The notes beneath the pieces were generated by a model that did no database searches, had not been told where the DNA came from, and saw only the letters and a program-made list of their open reading frames with translations. This document shows, piece after piece, positions 48,870 through 57,750 of a DNA stretch of 57,750 nucleotides (positions are counted from its first letter, which is position 1; each line of letters starts with the position of its first letter). This DNA is from Candidatus Bathyarchaeota archaeon. Its GTDB lineage: Archaea; Thermoproteota; Bathyarchaeia; TCS64. The stretch spans positions 1 through 57,750 of the forward strand of contig JADGNG010000081.1 in assembly GCA_017883585.1 (NCBI GenBank), read 5' to 3'. The position numbers were made by a program, and so were the translations under genes.

Positions 48870-49353
48870 TTATTGGAATGATTCATTTATCTCCTCGGCA
48901 ATCCTTTTTGCCGCCTTTCCCAAGCGTCGTGATGGTTCACTCATCTCCGTCCAAGGTTCAACGACTAGCAGTCTGGTCTGGACGTTCAGAAATGTTGAAA
49001 GTCAGTGGTCGAAGGTGGTTAACGGGGACTCGTGTAGGTTAGTTGTTTTGTGCTCCTCTAAAGTGAGCAGGTGTGTCTCACCTGGTACATACCCAGAAAG
49101 GGTCGCATGTATGTAAAGTAAGTGAGTCGGGTTGAAGTGGCGTATCTGCTCCGTGTAGTTCTCGGGTCGATCCTCAGCCCTAATCACTAACATTTCGGTG
49201 GCTCTTTTTCGCTAACTCCTCAGTGATGAGGAGCCCAGTGGATTCGTCCCCTCGGACAGTCCTCCCGACACCAACTATGATTAGCCTTGACTCGGAGTTG
49301 GCTCCCCAGAACTCCCAAAGCTCCTCACTAAGATTACTATTCAGATCGGTCAT
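48870..49353 (-). pseudogene. Degenerate hydrogenase maturation protease (HycI-like)
   Basis: MTDLNSNLSEELWEF...IIVGVGRTVRGDE / PENYTEQIRHFNPTHLL; frameshift near 49195 and in-frame TGA at 49002-49004. Confidence 0.75.
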
Positions 49354-49368
49354 GATGATGGATTCATC

Positions 49369-50439
49369 CTACCCAATTTTCTCGATTTCCCAATAATCGG
49401 CGAGCAGATTACTCAATTGGTTTATTACTTCATCCGTCCTCGGGAGGACCGAGGGATCGTGACTTGGAGGAGGTACGTCCTCCTTCTGAGTTTGTGGTAG
49501 CCCGTACTCGCCCGAGAATAGAGCATAGAGTCCCTTCTCCTCGCGTCCCTGGCTGTACCCCCCGCACAGAAGGTCCACGAAGCCACAGTTCGCTTCCTCG
49601 GCGGCTTTAGCGACCGCCCTACCTATCGACCAGAGGCCCCCGTAGCTCAGTCCGAGTTCAGCTAACTCGTCTTGGTAGTGGGGATCAGCGCCACCGTTTC
49701 TGATGATGACCTGGGGCTTGAATTGCTGAACGATGGGTTTGAAAACGCGTTCGATTACCATTGCCATGCATGCGTCGTCTGCCCTCCTAGGTAGGGGGAC
49801 GTTTATTGTGTAGCCTCTCCCATCCCCCTCCCCGATCTGCTCGGGGAACCCTGTGTTTGGATAGAGGGTCATAGGATCCTGGTGAACAGTTAGATAGAGA
49901 ACTCGAGGGTCAGAGTAGAAGATGTCCATCGTGCCGTTCCCAGCGTGGGCATCGGTGTCGAAAATCATGACCCGCTTCAAACTGTGTCGCTCAGTCATCG
50001 CACGGGCGCATATGGCGACATCGTTAAAGACGCACCACGCCTCCCCGTAGTCTCTCCCAGCATGGTGGAGCCCCCCGCCCACACCCTGAGCGATCGTGTA
50101 TCCTTTCCTCGCGACGGCGTCCCCAGCAGTGAGGGCAGCCCCGACTATCAGCCTAACCGCTTTCACAATAGAGGGGTTAATCGGCGTATCATCTGAGAGA
50201 TAGCCGTGTGCCTCTGCGACCTCATCGACCTTTTTTATGTAATCTAGGGTATGTACGAGGCAAAGGTCATCATTATCCGCGGGCTCGGGGACTATGAGCT
50301 CGATTCCAAGCCTATCAAGCACCCCCTCGGATTCGAGGAGGTGTATATAGCGTGGGAAACGGTCCCCCCTTAGTGAGTACTCCTCACCGAAGTCGTACTC
50401 CGCTATCCCCTCGTGGTAAACGATCGCGTGCTTGTCCAC
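49369..50439 (-). CDS. Histone deacetylase/AcuC family Zn-dependent deacetylase
   Basis: GGGLHHAG, FND, DTDAHAGNGT, INVPLP, GADPH, GGY. Confidence 0.9.
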   Translation of the reverse strand: MDKHAIVYHEGIAEYDFGEEYSLRGDRFPRYIHLLESEGVLDRLGIELIVPEPADNDDLCLVHTLDYIKKVDEVAEAHGYLSDDTPINPSIVKAVRLIVGAALTAGDAVARKGYTIAQGVGGGLHHAGRDYGEAWCVFNDVAICARAMTERHSLKRVMIFDTDAHAGNGTMDIFYSDPRVLYLTVHQDPMTLYPNTGFPEQIGEGDGRGYTINVPLPRRADDACMAMVIERVFKPIVQQFKPQVIIRNGGADPHYQDELAELGLSYGGLWSIGRAVAKAAEEANCGFVDLLCGGYSQGREEKGLYALFSGEYGLPQTQKEDVPPPSHDPSVLPRTDEVINQLSNLLADYWEIEKIG

Positions 50440-50531
50440 AACCGACTAAGAATAGCCTTTTTATTATTCCTTTAGCCTTGCCGGTCCTGAGCTGATCCTA
50501 GGTCGCCCGTTTTAATGCTAGACTAATCGTG

Positions 50532-50822
50532 TTATGTAGACGCTCCTGGTGCCTCACAATCAACTCGTAGCGTTTCAGGTCCGTTCGTTTCAGTTGGATG
50601 AGCCAGTCCTTTAACCTGAGGTTCCTTCGAAGCCCTACAGTCACTACAAGTCGGCACCGTCGTATTGCAAGCATCGAGAAGCGAGTTGATGGAGGTATTC
50701 ATCCACCCGGGCTTTGAGCTATTTTCTTCGATGGATTCTCCACAATAGGCACACACCCTGCACTCTTTGCACCCAACCTCGTTCTGGAATAGGCACAGCC
50801 CATTATGGCAGCTTACGACCAT
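50532..50822 (-). CDS. Small cysteine-rich putative metal-binding protein
   Basis: Three CxxC pairs; TATA-like TTATATATAA about 35 bp upstream. Confidence 0.45.
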   Translation of the reverse strand: MVVSCHNGLCLFQNEVGCKECRVCAYCGESIEENSSKPGWMNTSINSLLDACNTTVPTCSDCRASKEPQVKGLAHPTETNGPETLRVDCEAPGAST

Positions 50823-51184
50823 CAAATCCCAGTGCAGAACGTTTCGTAATTAATATTATATATAATTGTGTTGAAGCTACAAATTGATAAACCATCTTTA
50901 TCTTGATAGTAATCAATTTGGAATAGGAAAACACTGATAATTAACTACTATTTTTTTATTTAGTTAGTAAGAATATGAATTTATATACAGTATAAGTTCA
51001 GGCAGATGATGAGTCGCAATTGGTGATTTTCCCAACTAATTGAATGATTGATCAGCGACGTTTTAATCGTCGCGACATTTTCTCAGATACATCAGTTTTT
51101 AGGCGAATCTATAGCGTGAACATTATATTCCAAGCGATACGCACTTCCCACTATCGCACCCCGAAGAGGGCTAGGTCCAGAAAA

Positions 51185-52429
51185 ATGAGCAGCTCAAAAG
51201 GAATAGTCTCCAAGGCGGTCGGCTTTCTGAAGCGGCAGGAAAGCGCTTACAGCGTGAACATGGTGAGGCGGAGCGTCGAGAACTTCGCCCTTATGCTCGT
51301 CCAGCAGTACCAATCAATCTACCTAATCGCACTCGGTGCCAACTCCGTTCAGGTGGGTCTCGTAAACAGCCTTGCGGGTGTCGGTACGACACTCACCTCC
51401 CTTCCCGCGGGGTGGGCCATCGACAGGTATGGACTTAAGAAGACTTTCAGCTTCGGCGTCATCTTCATGGCCGTTGGCGCCCTCATTTACGGATTCGCGA
51501 ATAACTGGCTCCTCACTATCCCCGCGATGTTCATCTTCACGCTCGCAGCCAGAGTCAACCAGACGAGCTGCCCGGTCGTCTGTGGGAGCGCTCTCGTAAA
51601 CGAGGACAGGGCTGTCGGGATGCAACTCTGTGATAGTCTTGCAGCCATATCGGGGATAATTGCGCCGATAGTCGGCGCGGCAGTCATAGCCGTCTCCGGT
51701 GGGATGAACGCGGAGGGGATACGCCCACTCTTCTTCATACAGCTCGTCGTCCTCGCCGTAGAGCTGGTCATAGTCCTGCGATGGTTCTCGAACCCGAAGA
51801 GCAGGCTCGGTGTGCAGCCTCGCAGGAGCTTAATTGGAGGCATCCGGGAGGTCATGGCGAAGGGAGTCGCTGTCAAGAGGTTCCTCCTCTATCAGAGTGT
51901 GATGACGGTACCATTCTACCTTAATGCTATCTACATCCCACTCTATGCGTCGCAGGTGAAGGGGGCGGACGCGTTCACCCTCGGTGGGATGGCGACTGCC
52001 TCACTCCTTGTGCCCTTGATACTGTCGGTGCCTTCGGGGAGGCTCGCAGACATCTTTGGTCGGAAGAGGGTTGTCTACCTCTGTATGCCCCTTTATTGCG
52101 CCTCGCTTGTGATACTGGCCCTTGCTCCCGTCGGCAACTCGGTTATGATCATTCTCGCCGGTATCTTCCAAGGTTTCTACATGCTGGGAATGGTAACTGG
52201 AAATGCTATGAGGGCTGAGCTCGTCCCCATTTCCCTGCTAGGTAGCTGGAGTGGACTCCTTGGTCTATTCGGCGGTGTAGTGGGCATCATTGTCCCCATA
52301 TCCGCGGGGGTACTCTGGAACTCGATACAGCCCACCTCCGTGCTCCTCTTCCTAATCGCCTCCACCATCATAGGCGGCGTGGTCCTCACTTCAATCCCCG
52401 AGACACTGAAGCTGAAGAAAGAGGAATAG
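51185..52429 (+). CDS. MFS transporter
   Basis: GWAIDRYGLK and GRLADIFGRK motifs; ATG 51185 preferred. Confidence 0.88.
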   Translation: MSSSKGIVSKAVGFLKRQESAYSVNMVRRSVENFALMLVQQYQSIYLIALGANSVQVGLVNSLAGVGTTLTSLPAGWAIDRYGLKKTFSFGVIFMAVGALIYGFANNWLLTIPAMFIFTLAARVNQTSCPVVCGSALVNEDRAVGMQLCDSLAAISGIIAPIVGAAVIAVSGGMNAEGIRPLFFIQLVVLAVELVIVLRWFSNPKSRLGVQPRRSLIGGIREVMAKGVAVKRFLLYQSVMTVPFYLNAIYIPLYASQVKGADAFTLGGMATASLLVPLILSVPSGRLADIFGRKRVVYLCMPLYCASLVILALAPVGNSVMIILAGIFQGFYMLGMVTGNAMRAELVPISLLGSWSGLLGLFGGVVGIIVPISAGVLWNSIQPTSVLLFLIASTIIGGVVLTSIPETLKLKKEE

Positions 52430-52493
52430 TCGATTTTAGCTAAAATGAAACATATATCCACAAGGGATCACCACGCCTCACCAGCGTGAAAAC

Positions 52494-52922
52494 ATGGAGA
52501 AAAATATGGATATGGTGAAGGTCGGCGGCAAGATTCTCGTCGGCTGGGACGGCTCGATGTCTTCGAACGCGGCCCTCGACAGGGCGACAGAGATAGCGAA
52601 GGCGTCGAAGGCTGCTATGACTGTCCTCTACGTCTACTATGATCCGTCAATCGCGAAATCTGATAAAATGATTGAGATGACGGAAAACTCTGAGGCAGAC
52701 GTGGGCAATAGGGTGTTCCGGGACATCGAGATGAAGCTCTCGAAGGCGGGCGTCGACTACGACTTCCGCACCGACGAGGGAAACGACGAGGCTAAGGCCA
52801 TAACCAGGATGGCGGAGGCTGAGGACTACGACCTCATAGTCGTCGGCGCTGGCGTGAAGCGGGCTGGCTCCGTCGCGGACAGAATCTCCGCGGGGAAGAA
52901 GGTCAAGACGCTCGTCGTCTAG
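52494..52922 (+). CDS. Universal stress protein (UspA family)
   Basis: KILVGWDGS..S..AL, DLIVVG, GSVA, TLVV. Confidence 0.85.
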   Translation: MEKNMDMVKVGGKILVGWDGSMSSNAALDRATEIAKASKAAMTVLYVYYDPSIAKSDKMIEMTENSEADVGNRVFRDIEMKLSKAGVDYDFRTDEGNDEAKAITRMAEAEDYDLIVVGAGVKRAGSVADRISAGKKVKTLVV

Positions 52923-52974
52923 ACCCGGCGTTCAGGTTTTTATTCGAACGTTTCCAAAAAGTAGTTGATCCACT

Positions 52975-53454
52975 TTGGTGAACATTAAGGACGCTGAGGC
53001 CCCATTTGAGGAGATTGTGGGGCTCGCCGAGGCCTTCCGAAAGTCGAAGATTCTCTTCATGGTAACCTTCGCGAAGGGAGGGGAAGAACATTGCAGGGCG
53101 ATGACAAACCTGAACGAGAACCCCTATGAGGTCATTTGGTTTCCGACCGCTACGAAGACGAGGAAAGTGGAGGACATCAGTTGGAATAAGAGGGTGCTTC
53201 TCCTCTTCCAGGCGGAGGAACCCGAGATGTACTATGAGCTCGAGGGAGAGGGCTACCTCGCCGGTAAGGAGGAAGTGACCGAGAAGTGGGTCTGGTGGTG
53301 GCTCTACTGGCACCCGCATCAGGCGGAGAGATACTGGGAACCTCGTGGCAGTGACCACCCTGAGAGGACAATAATAAAGGTCCGTCCTATCTCCGCGCGT
53401 CTTCTTCATGGTTCAATGGCGGAGGATATGAAGAAGAGTATGCCGAAATACTGA
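52975..53454 (+). CDS. Pyridoxamine 5'-phosphate oxidase-like (general stress protein 26) flavin-binding protein
   Basis: HCRAM, IWFPT...RKVEDI...V.LLF motifs. Confidence 0.75.
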   Translation: MVNIKDAEAPFEEIVGLAEAFRKSKILFMVTFAKGGEEHCRAMTNLNENPYEVIWFPTATKTRKVEDISWNKRVLLLFQAEEPEMYYELEGEGYLAGKEEVTEKWVWWWLYWHPHQAERYWEPRGSDHPERTIIKVRPISARLLHGSMAEDMKKSMPKY

Positions 53455-53499
53455 GGCTGAGGAGCAAGCTCAATAAGGAATCGTAGTAGTCTAGGGCTT

Positions 53500-54417
53500 G
53501 TGGTTACGCGCAAGCCGATCTCGCTTTCAAGTCTGGTGCCATTCATAGCTATGGGGAGTCTGTTCCTAATCATTGACCTCTTAGCATTGTTACTAGTGAC
53601 ACCATTTAGCGACGCGGGGCTCTTCGCCTTCTCAGACTCGGGGAACCCGCTTGATATCGTCTACTTCGTGGCTATGATGCTTGTCGCTACTGGGGTGATC
53701 CTCGTCCTCGCGAGGTTTAGGGGAGGCAAGCTAGTGCGGTGGGTGCTCACGGGAACGATCTGGTTCTCAATATTCTCGACGTTTTATTCTCTTGTGTTGT
53801 TCGTCTTCGACGACCCACTTGCCACGGGGTTATCATTAGTCGGGTCACTGGTACTAATAGCGGCGCTCGTCAGGTATCAAAGGTGGTACCTCATCGATGC
53901 CTCAGCGCTTCTGCTTGGTGCGGTCTCGACGGCCGTGCTCGGGATAAGCGTGAGTCCGCCTCTAGTTTCTGTGCTCCTTCTCGGGTTGGCTGTCTACGAC
54001 GCGATCGCGGTCTACAAGACGGGACACATGCTGACACTCGCTCAGTCGATATTGAACTCGGGGTTGCCCCTCATGGTGGTTGTTCCCAAGAGTCTCGACT
54101 ACAGAGAGCCGCAGGGGATCAAGATTCAAAAAGATGCACCGCCACCGGGCAGCGAGCGTAACGCATTCTACATGGGCCTCGGCGACCTCGTCATACCCGG
54201 TTGCCTCGTCGTCTCCATCTACGGGGCCATAGGCGCCGCTGGTCTGCCGATAGTCGCCTCAGTTATAATTGGGACCCTGATCGGCTTCGTCGTACTCTCA
54301 GCCTTCGTCGTAAGCGGTAAGCCGCAAGCAGGTCTACCATTCCTTTGCAGTGGAGCGATCCTCGGTTACGTTGTCTCGAGTTTTATACTACTCGGGCATC
54401 TAGCGGGGATGGGTTAA
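53500..54417 (+). CDS. Presenilin-like intramembrane aspartyl protease (PSH, A22)
   Basis: VYDAIAVYKTGHM, MGLGD, PQAGLP motifs. Confidence 0.92.
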   Translation: MVTRKPISLSSLVPFIAMGSLFLIIDLLALLLVTPFSDAGLFAFSDSGNPLDIVYFVAMMLVATGVILVLARFRGGKLVRWVLTGTIWFSIFSTFYSLVLFVFDDPLATGLSLVGSLVLIAALVRYQRWYLIDASALLLGAVSTAVLGISVSPPLVSVLLLGLAVYDAIAVYKTGHMLTLAQSILNSGLPLMVVVPKSLDYREPQGIKIQKDAPPPGSERNAFYMGLGDLVIPGCLVVSIYGAIGAAGLPIVASVIIGTLIGFVVLSAFVVSGKPQAGLPFLCSGAILGYVVSSFILLGHLAGMG

Positions 54418-54477
54418 ACTCCGATAGGATCTGGCCTAGTTCACATCGTGCGGGTCTGTAAGTTATTTTGGATTAAA

Positions 54478-55470
54478 CTACTGCTTCTGCCACTTTGCAC
54501 TCGTGTAGTAGACCTTCGGTGTCTGGACGTTCATCGGCGGCTGCCCTTTTGCCACTCTGATGACGTTCCACACGGCGGTCTCGCGCATTTCACCCATAAT
54601 ACCAGGCGTGCTGCCGATGTGCGGGACCATGCTGATGTTGTCGAGGGTCCTTAGTGGACTGTCCTTCGGCAGGGGCTCCGCCTCGTAGACGTCGAGGCAA
54701 GCGCCGCTTATACGCTTCTCTTGCAGGACCTTAATGAGCGCCTTCTCGTCGACAACTGGCCCCCTCGCGGAGGATACGAATATGGCCGTGGGCTTGAGAA
54801 GGCTCAGCTCCTTCTCCCCGATCATGTGGCGCGTCTCGTCGTTTAGCGGAACGTGGACGGTGACTATGTCGGATTGCTTGAGTAGAGTTTCTAAGTCTAC
54901 TAGCTTGGCGTTGAACTGCTGAGCCCTGGCCTCCGTGATGTATGGGTCGTATGTCAGTACGTCCATGTTAAAGGCGTGCTTGGCGAAGTGTGCCATCCTG
55001 CTGCCGATGGCTCCTAAACCGATGATTCCGATAATGCTATTCCTGATCTCTACCTGCCTCTCAACTTCGACGCGTGACCATCCACCCTCGCGCATCAGGC
55101 GGTTGTGTGCACCGATCCTCCTAGCGATGTCGAGTATCATGCCGAAGTCTAGCTCGACAACACTGTTAGCGTTGACACCAGCGACGTTGCAGATGATTAC
55201 GCCCTTCGCTGCCGCCGCGACTTCATCTATGTACTCGTAGCCAACGCTTGTGGTCTGTATAAGCTTCAGTTTGTCAGCCGCGTTGATCACGGGAGCCGTG
55301 ATTGGGCCGCCGGTGATGATTACGTCGACCCCATTCACCTTTCCGAGGAGAGTCTTCTCGTCCCCGTTCTCGGAGATTTCAACGTCGGCGAGCTTCCTCA
55401 GCTCCTTTAGCCTCTCGGATTTCTGGATATCCTGGGCCCATCGGCCCGCGACGAATAATATCTTCATCAA
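54478..55470 (-). CDS. D-isomer-specific 2-hydroxyacid dehydrogenase
   Basis: GIIGLGAIG, HVPLNDET, ARGPVVDE, LDVYEAEP, PHIG. Confidence 0.9.
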   Translation of the reverse strand: MMKILFVAGRWAQDIQKSERLKELRKLADVEISENGDEKTLLGKVNGVDVIITGGPITAPVINAADKLKLIQTTSVGYEYIDEVAAAAKGVIICNVAGVNANSVVELDFGMILDIARRIGAHNRLMREGGWSRVEVERQVEIRNSIIGIIGLGAIGSRMAHFAKHAFNMDVLTYDPYITEARAQQFNAKLVDLETLLKQSDIVTVHVPLNDETRHMIGEKELSLLKPTAIFVSSARGPVVDEKALIKVLQEKRISGACLDVYEAEPLPKDSPLRTLDNISMVPHIGSTPGIMGEMRETAVWNVIRVAKGQPPMNVQTPKVYYTSAKWQKQ

Positions 55471-55477
55471 TTACACC

Positions 55478-56197
55478 TCAGTATGTCTTGTTTCCCTCTA
55501 CAGTCTGCTTCCACTTCTTAAGGCTGAACTCGGGGTCCTTGTAAATCTTCATCGTGGCTCCCTCGGATTCCAGGAGCTTCTCCGCCCTCTCTAGGACTTC
55601 CGCCAGCTTCTCAGCTGGGAACTTCACTGCCCCGTGCATGTCCATGTGTACCATGTCCCCCGGCATAACGGTCATGCCACCGATCTTGACTGGCACACCG
55701 ACGGCCTTAACCATGAAGTCGCCGTGTCCAGGAGTTACACCGGTCGAGTAGTACTGGAAGTTCAGGGGCTTTATAGCGTCGATGTCCCTCATAGGGCCGT
55801 TAGTTATAACCCCGATGACCCCCTGAGCCTTGTACTGGGTAGTCATGATCTCCCCGAATAGGCCGACTCTATTGTCGAGTTCAGGTGGGAACTGCTGTTC
55901 GGCGACGAGGACCACTGGCTTCCTTGTCTTGTCGATGTGCTCTGGTAGGGCCCACCTGCTCATGCCGGTGAACTTCTCGGAGCGTTCACAGAATACGACG
56001 GTGGAGACGTAGCCGACCTTCGGCCCCATCTCCGGGTAGACGCAATGGATTGTCGCGTCCGTGTACCACTCCCCGTACCACGCGTCGTAGAGTTTCATGC
56101 AGTTGTCGGAGCGTGGGTATGTAGCCACGACGTTGCTGATGGTCGGTGTATCGATCTTCTCGAGCTTCGTGATGATCTCTTTCTCTGTTAGGATCAT
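55478..56197 (-). CDS. RraA/HMG aldolase family protein
   Basis: DTPTISN, FGEIM, TNGPMRDID, VMPGDMVHMDMHG. Confidence 0.85.
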   Translation of the reverse strand: MILTEKEIITKLEKIDTPTISNVVATYPRSDNCMKLYDAWYGEWYTDATIHCVYPEMGPKVGYVSTVVFCERSEKFTGMSRWALPEHIDKTRKPVVLVAEQQFPPELDNRVGLFGEIMTTQYKAQGVIGVITNGPMRDIDAIKPLNFQYYSTGVTPGHGDFMVKAVGVPVKIGGMTVMPGDMVHMDMHGAVKFPAEKLAEVLERAEKLLESEGATMKIYKDPEFSLKKWKQTVEGNKTY

Positions 56198-56282
56198 GTT
56201 GGTTTCTCGTTGTAGTTAAGCGATATAATCGTATCTGATTTGTTGAGAGGATGTGAGTGTTTTAGAGGGGCAGATATTATTC

Positions 56283-56915
56283 TTACTTGAGGTATTTTTT
56301 ATACCATTCAATGGAGAGTTTGGCGACCTCCTCCAGCTTCCCCCGTTCCTCGAAGAGGTGGGTAGCGCCATTCACGATCTTGAGCTCGGTGGTGGCACTC
56401 ATGTGCCTCTGAGCCGATCTGTTCATCTCAAGCACTTCGTAATCTAGCCCGCCGACTATGAGTAGGGTCGGGGCTTTCACGTTAGGTAGACTCGGTCCCG
56501 CCAGGTCAGGTCTGCCCCCTCTTGAGACGATAGCGGTTACTAGCTCCGGTTTTTCAGCTGCTGCGATGAGTGCTGCTGAGGCCCCGGTGCTCGCACCGTA
56601 GTAACCAAATGGCAGTGTAGACCTTCCCCTGAGCCACTCTGCAGCCAATATGAGCCTCGATCCTAGGAGCTGCACATCGAATCGATATTCCATGGTGAAT
56701 TCGTCCTTCGCGGATTCATCCTCCGTTAGTAGATCGACGAGTAGTGTTGAGAACCCAGCTTGGTTGAAGCGGTTTGCGACCTGGTTGTTCCTCGGGCTGA
56801 GTCTTCCGCTTCCACTACCGTGGGCGAATAGGATAACCCCGTTTGCCCCCGGAGGGGTGTTGAGCTCTCCGAGGAGCCTGATCTGACCAGTGCCAACTAT
56901 TACGGATTCGAGCGT
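56283..56915 (-). CDS. Dienelactone hydrolase-like alpha/beta hydrolase lacking a canonical start codon
   Basis: FAHGSGSGRLSPRN lies in frame upstream of the track start (56693); GASTG nucleophile, GATHLFEE; frame opens at ACG 56915 right after TAA. Confidence 0.8.
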   Translation of the reverse strand, partial: TLESVIVGTGQIRLLGELNTPPGANGVILFAHGSGSGRLSPRNNQVANRFNQAGFSTLLVDLLTEDESAKDEFTMEYRFDVQLLGSRLILAAEWLRGRSTLPFGYYGASTGASAALIAAAEKPELVTAIVSRGGRPDLAGPSLPNVKAPTLLIVGGLDYEVLEMNRSAQRHMSATTELKIVNGATHLFEERGKLEEVAKLSIEWYKKYLK

Positions 56916-57544
56916 TTAGCACCGTCTCCATCTTCGAGTATCTTCTTCGTCTCCTCATCAGAGACCTGTGTAAAGTTAGAGTAGAACTGGCCGATGGCTA
57001 AGAAGTCCCTTGGCTGCAGGACTACGACGACCTCGTCTGCCACTAGTTTCAGCTCGCTGATGCTTTCTGGTGGCGCCACGGGGACGGCTACGACTATGGA
57101 GGAGGGCTTCATGCTCCTGAGAACTTTGATCGCCATCATCATGGAGGCCCCAGTCGCGACGCCATCATCGACTATGATCGCGACCTTCCCGGCTATTTCT
57201 ACCGGTCTGTGGCTGCCTCTAAGCATTGTAACACGTTCGCGTGCCTCACGTTGCTTTGACCTGACCTCCTCGTCAATGTAGCTCTTGGGGACCGAGCTTG
57301 CCATGTCCTCATTGAGGAAGAAAGCGTCGGGGCTCGCAGCGCCGAGCGCGAGCTCCGGGTTGCCGGGGTACCCGAGCTTTTTTATTATGACAACCTCGAG
57401 GGGGGCATGCAAGCTCTTCGCAACCTCCCAAGCAACGACAATTCCGCCTCTAGGGATGCCGAGTACCACCACGTCGGGCTTCCCACGGTAACCGGATAGA
57501 GCCGAGGCGAGTTGAATCCCAGCGTCGCGCCTGTCTGTGAACAT
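56900..57544 (-). CDS. Phosphoribosyltransferase (type I PRT, Rv0571c-like)
   Basis: FTDRRDAG, GIPRGG, VDDGVATG, AIGQFY..F.QVSD. Confidence 0.9.
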   Translation of the reverse strand: MFTDRRDAGIQLASALSGYRGKPDVVVLGIPRGGIVVAWEVAKSLHAPLEVVIIKKLGYPGNPELALGAASPDAFFLNEDMASSVPKSYIDEEVRSKQREARERVTMLRGSHRPVEIAGKVAIIVDDGVATGASMMMAIKVLRSMKPSSIVVAVPVAPPESISELKLVADEVVVVLQPRDFLAIGQFYSNFTQVSDEETKKILEDGDGAKRSNP

Positions 57545-57750
57545 AAAGCCACACCGTATGCTCTTGTCGAGTCTCCGATTACCGGATGGGAATCGGCGAA
57601 CATCAATCCTTCCCCCATTTGACCCTACCGAAAAGGCGTAGGTTTTTCCATAACGCTTATCCAGATTTCACCTAGAATTCGATACACAGGAGTTGTTTGA
57701 ATGAGCGTCCTAAAGAAAGAGTATGATATTGGCGTGAAGCGTCTTTGGAG

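Noticed and set aside
49002-49004. In-frame TGA as selenocysteine
   Set aside because: Aligns to a Tyr position of the intact HycI, and the gene is also frameshifted
50850-51000. Replication origin
   Set aside because: AT-rich, but no ORB repeats and no adjacent cdc6/orc1
51006-51075. C/D-box sRNA (ATGATGA C box)
   Set aside because: No properly spaced CTGA D box downstream
57701-57750. Possible gene start MSVLKKEYDIGVKRLW at the window end
   Set aside because: Too short to support a call

Overview
Archaeal chromosomal segment, most consistent with Bathyarchaeia (TACK) from gene content; the background is moderately GC-rich by eye. In order it holds: three M20 amidohydrolases/peptidases, a QueT transporter with a structured 5' leader, an HtrA protease, and a ~550 bp non-coding, highly self-complementary region. 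Next is an energy-conservation block: the A1 ATP synthase genes (F,H,E,A,B,D,C; no a/c subunit genes) directly downstream of a complex-I-like (NuoA-D,H-N) operon whose D subunit keeps both [NiFe]-binding CxxC motifs, plus its HycI protease. Then come an Opp/Dpp ABC transporter with a circularly permuted binding protein, a CdvA-like protein, surface-glycan genes (N-acetyltransferase, two very AT-rich glycosyltransferases, agl3, nucleotide-sugar dehydrogenase), a second HtrA, two pseudogenes and assorted housekeeping or stress genes. No tRNA, rRNA, CRISPR array or transposase was seen. The best candidates for undescribed biology are the putative archaeal queT riboswitch-like leader, the long rod-like structured RNA/palindromic element at ~8.5-8.85 kb, the permuted OppA, and the hydrogenase/complex I hybrid with altered ion-channel residues.
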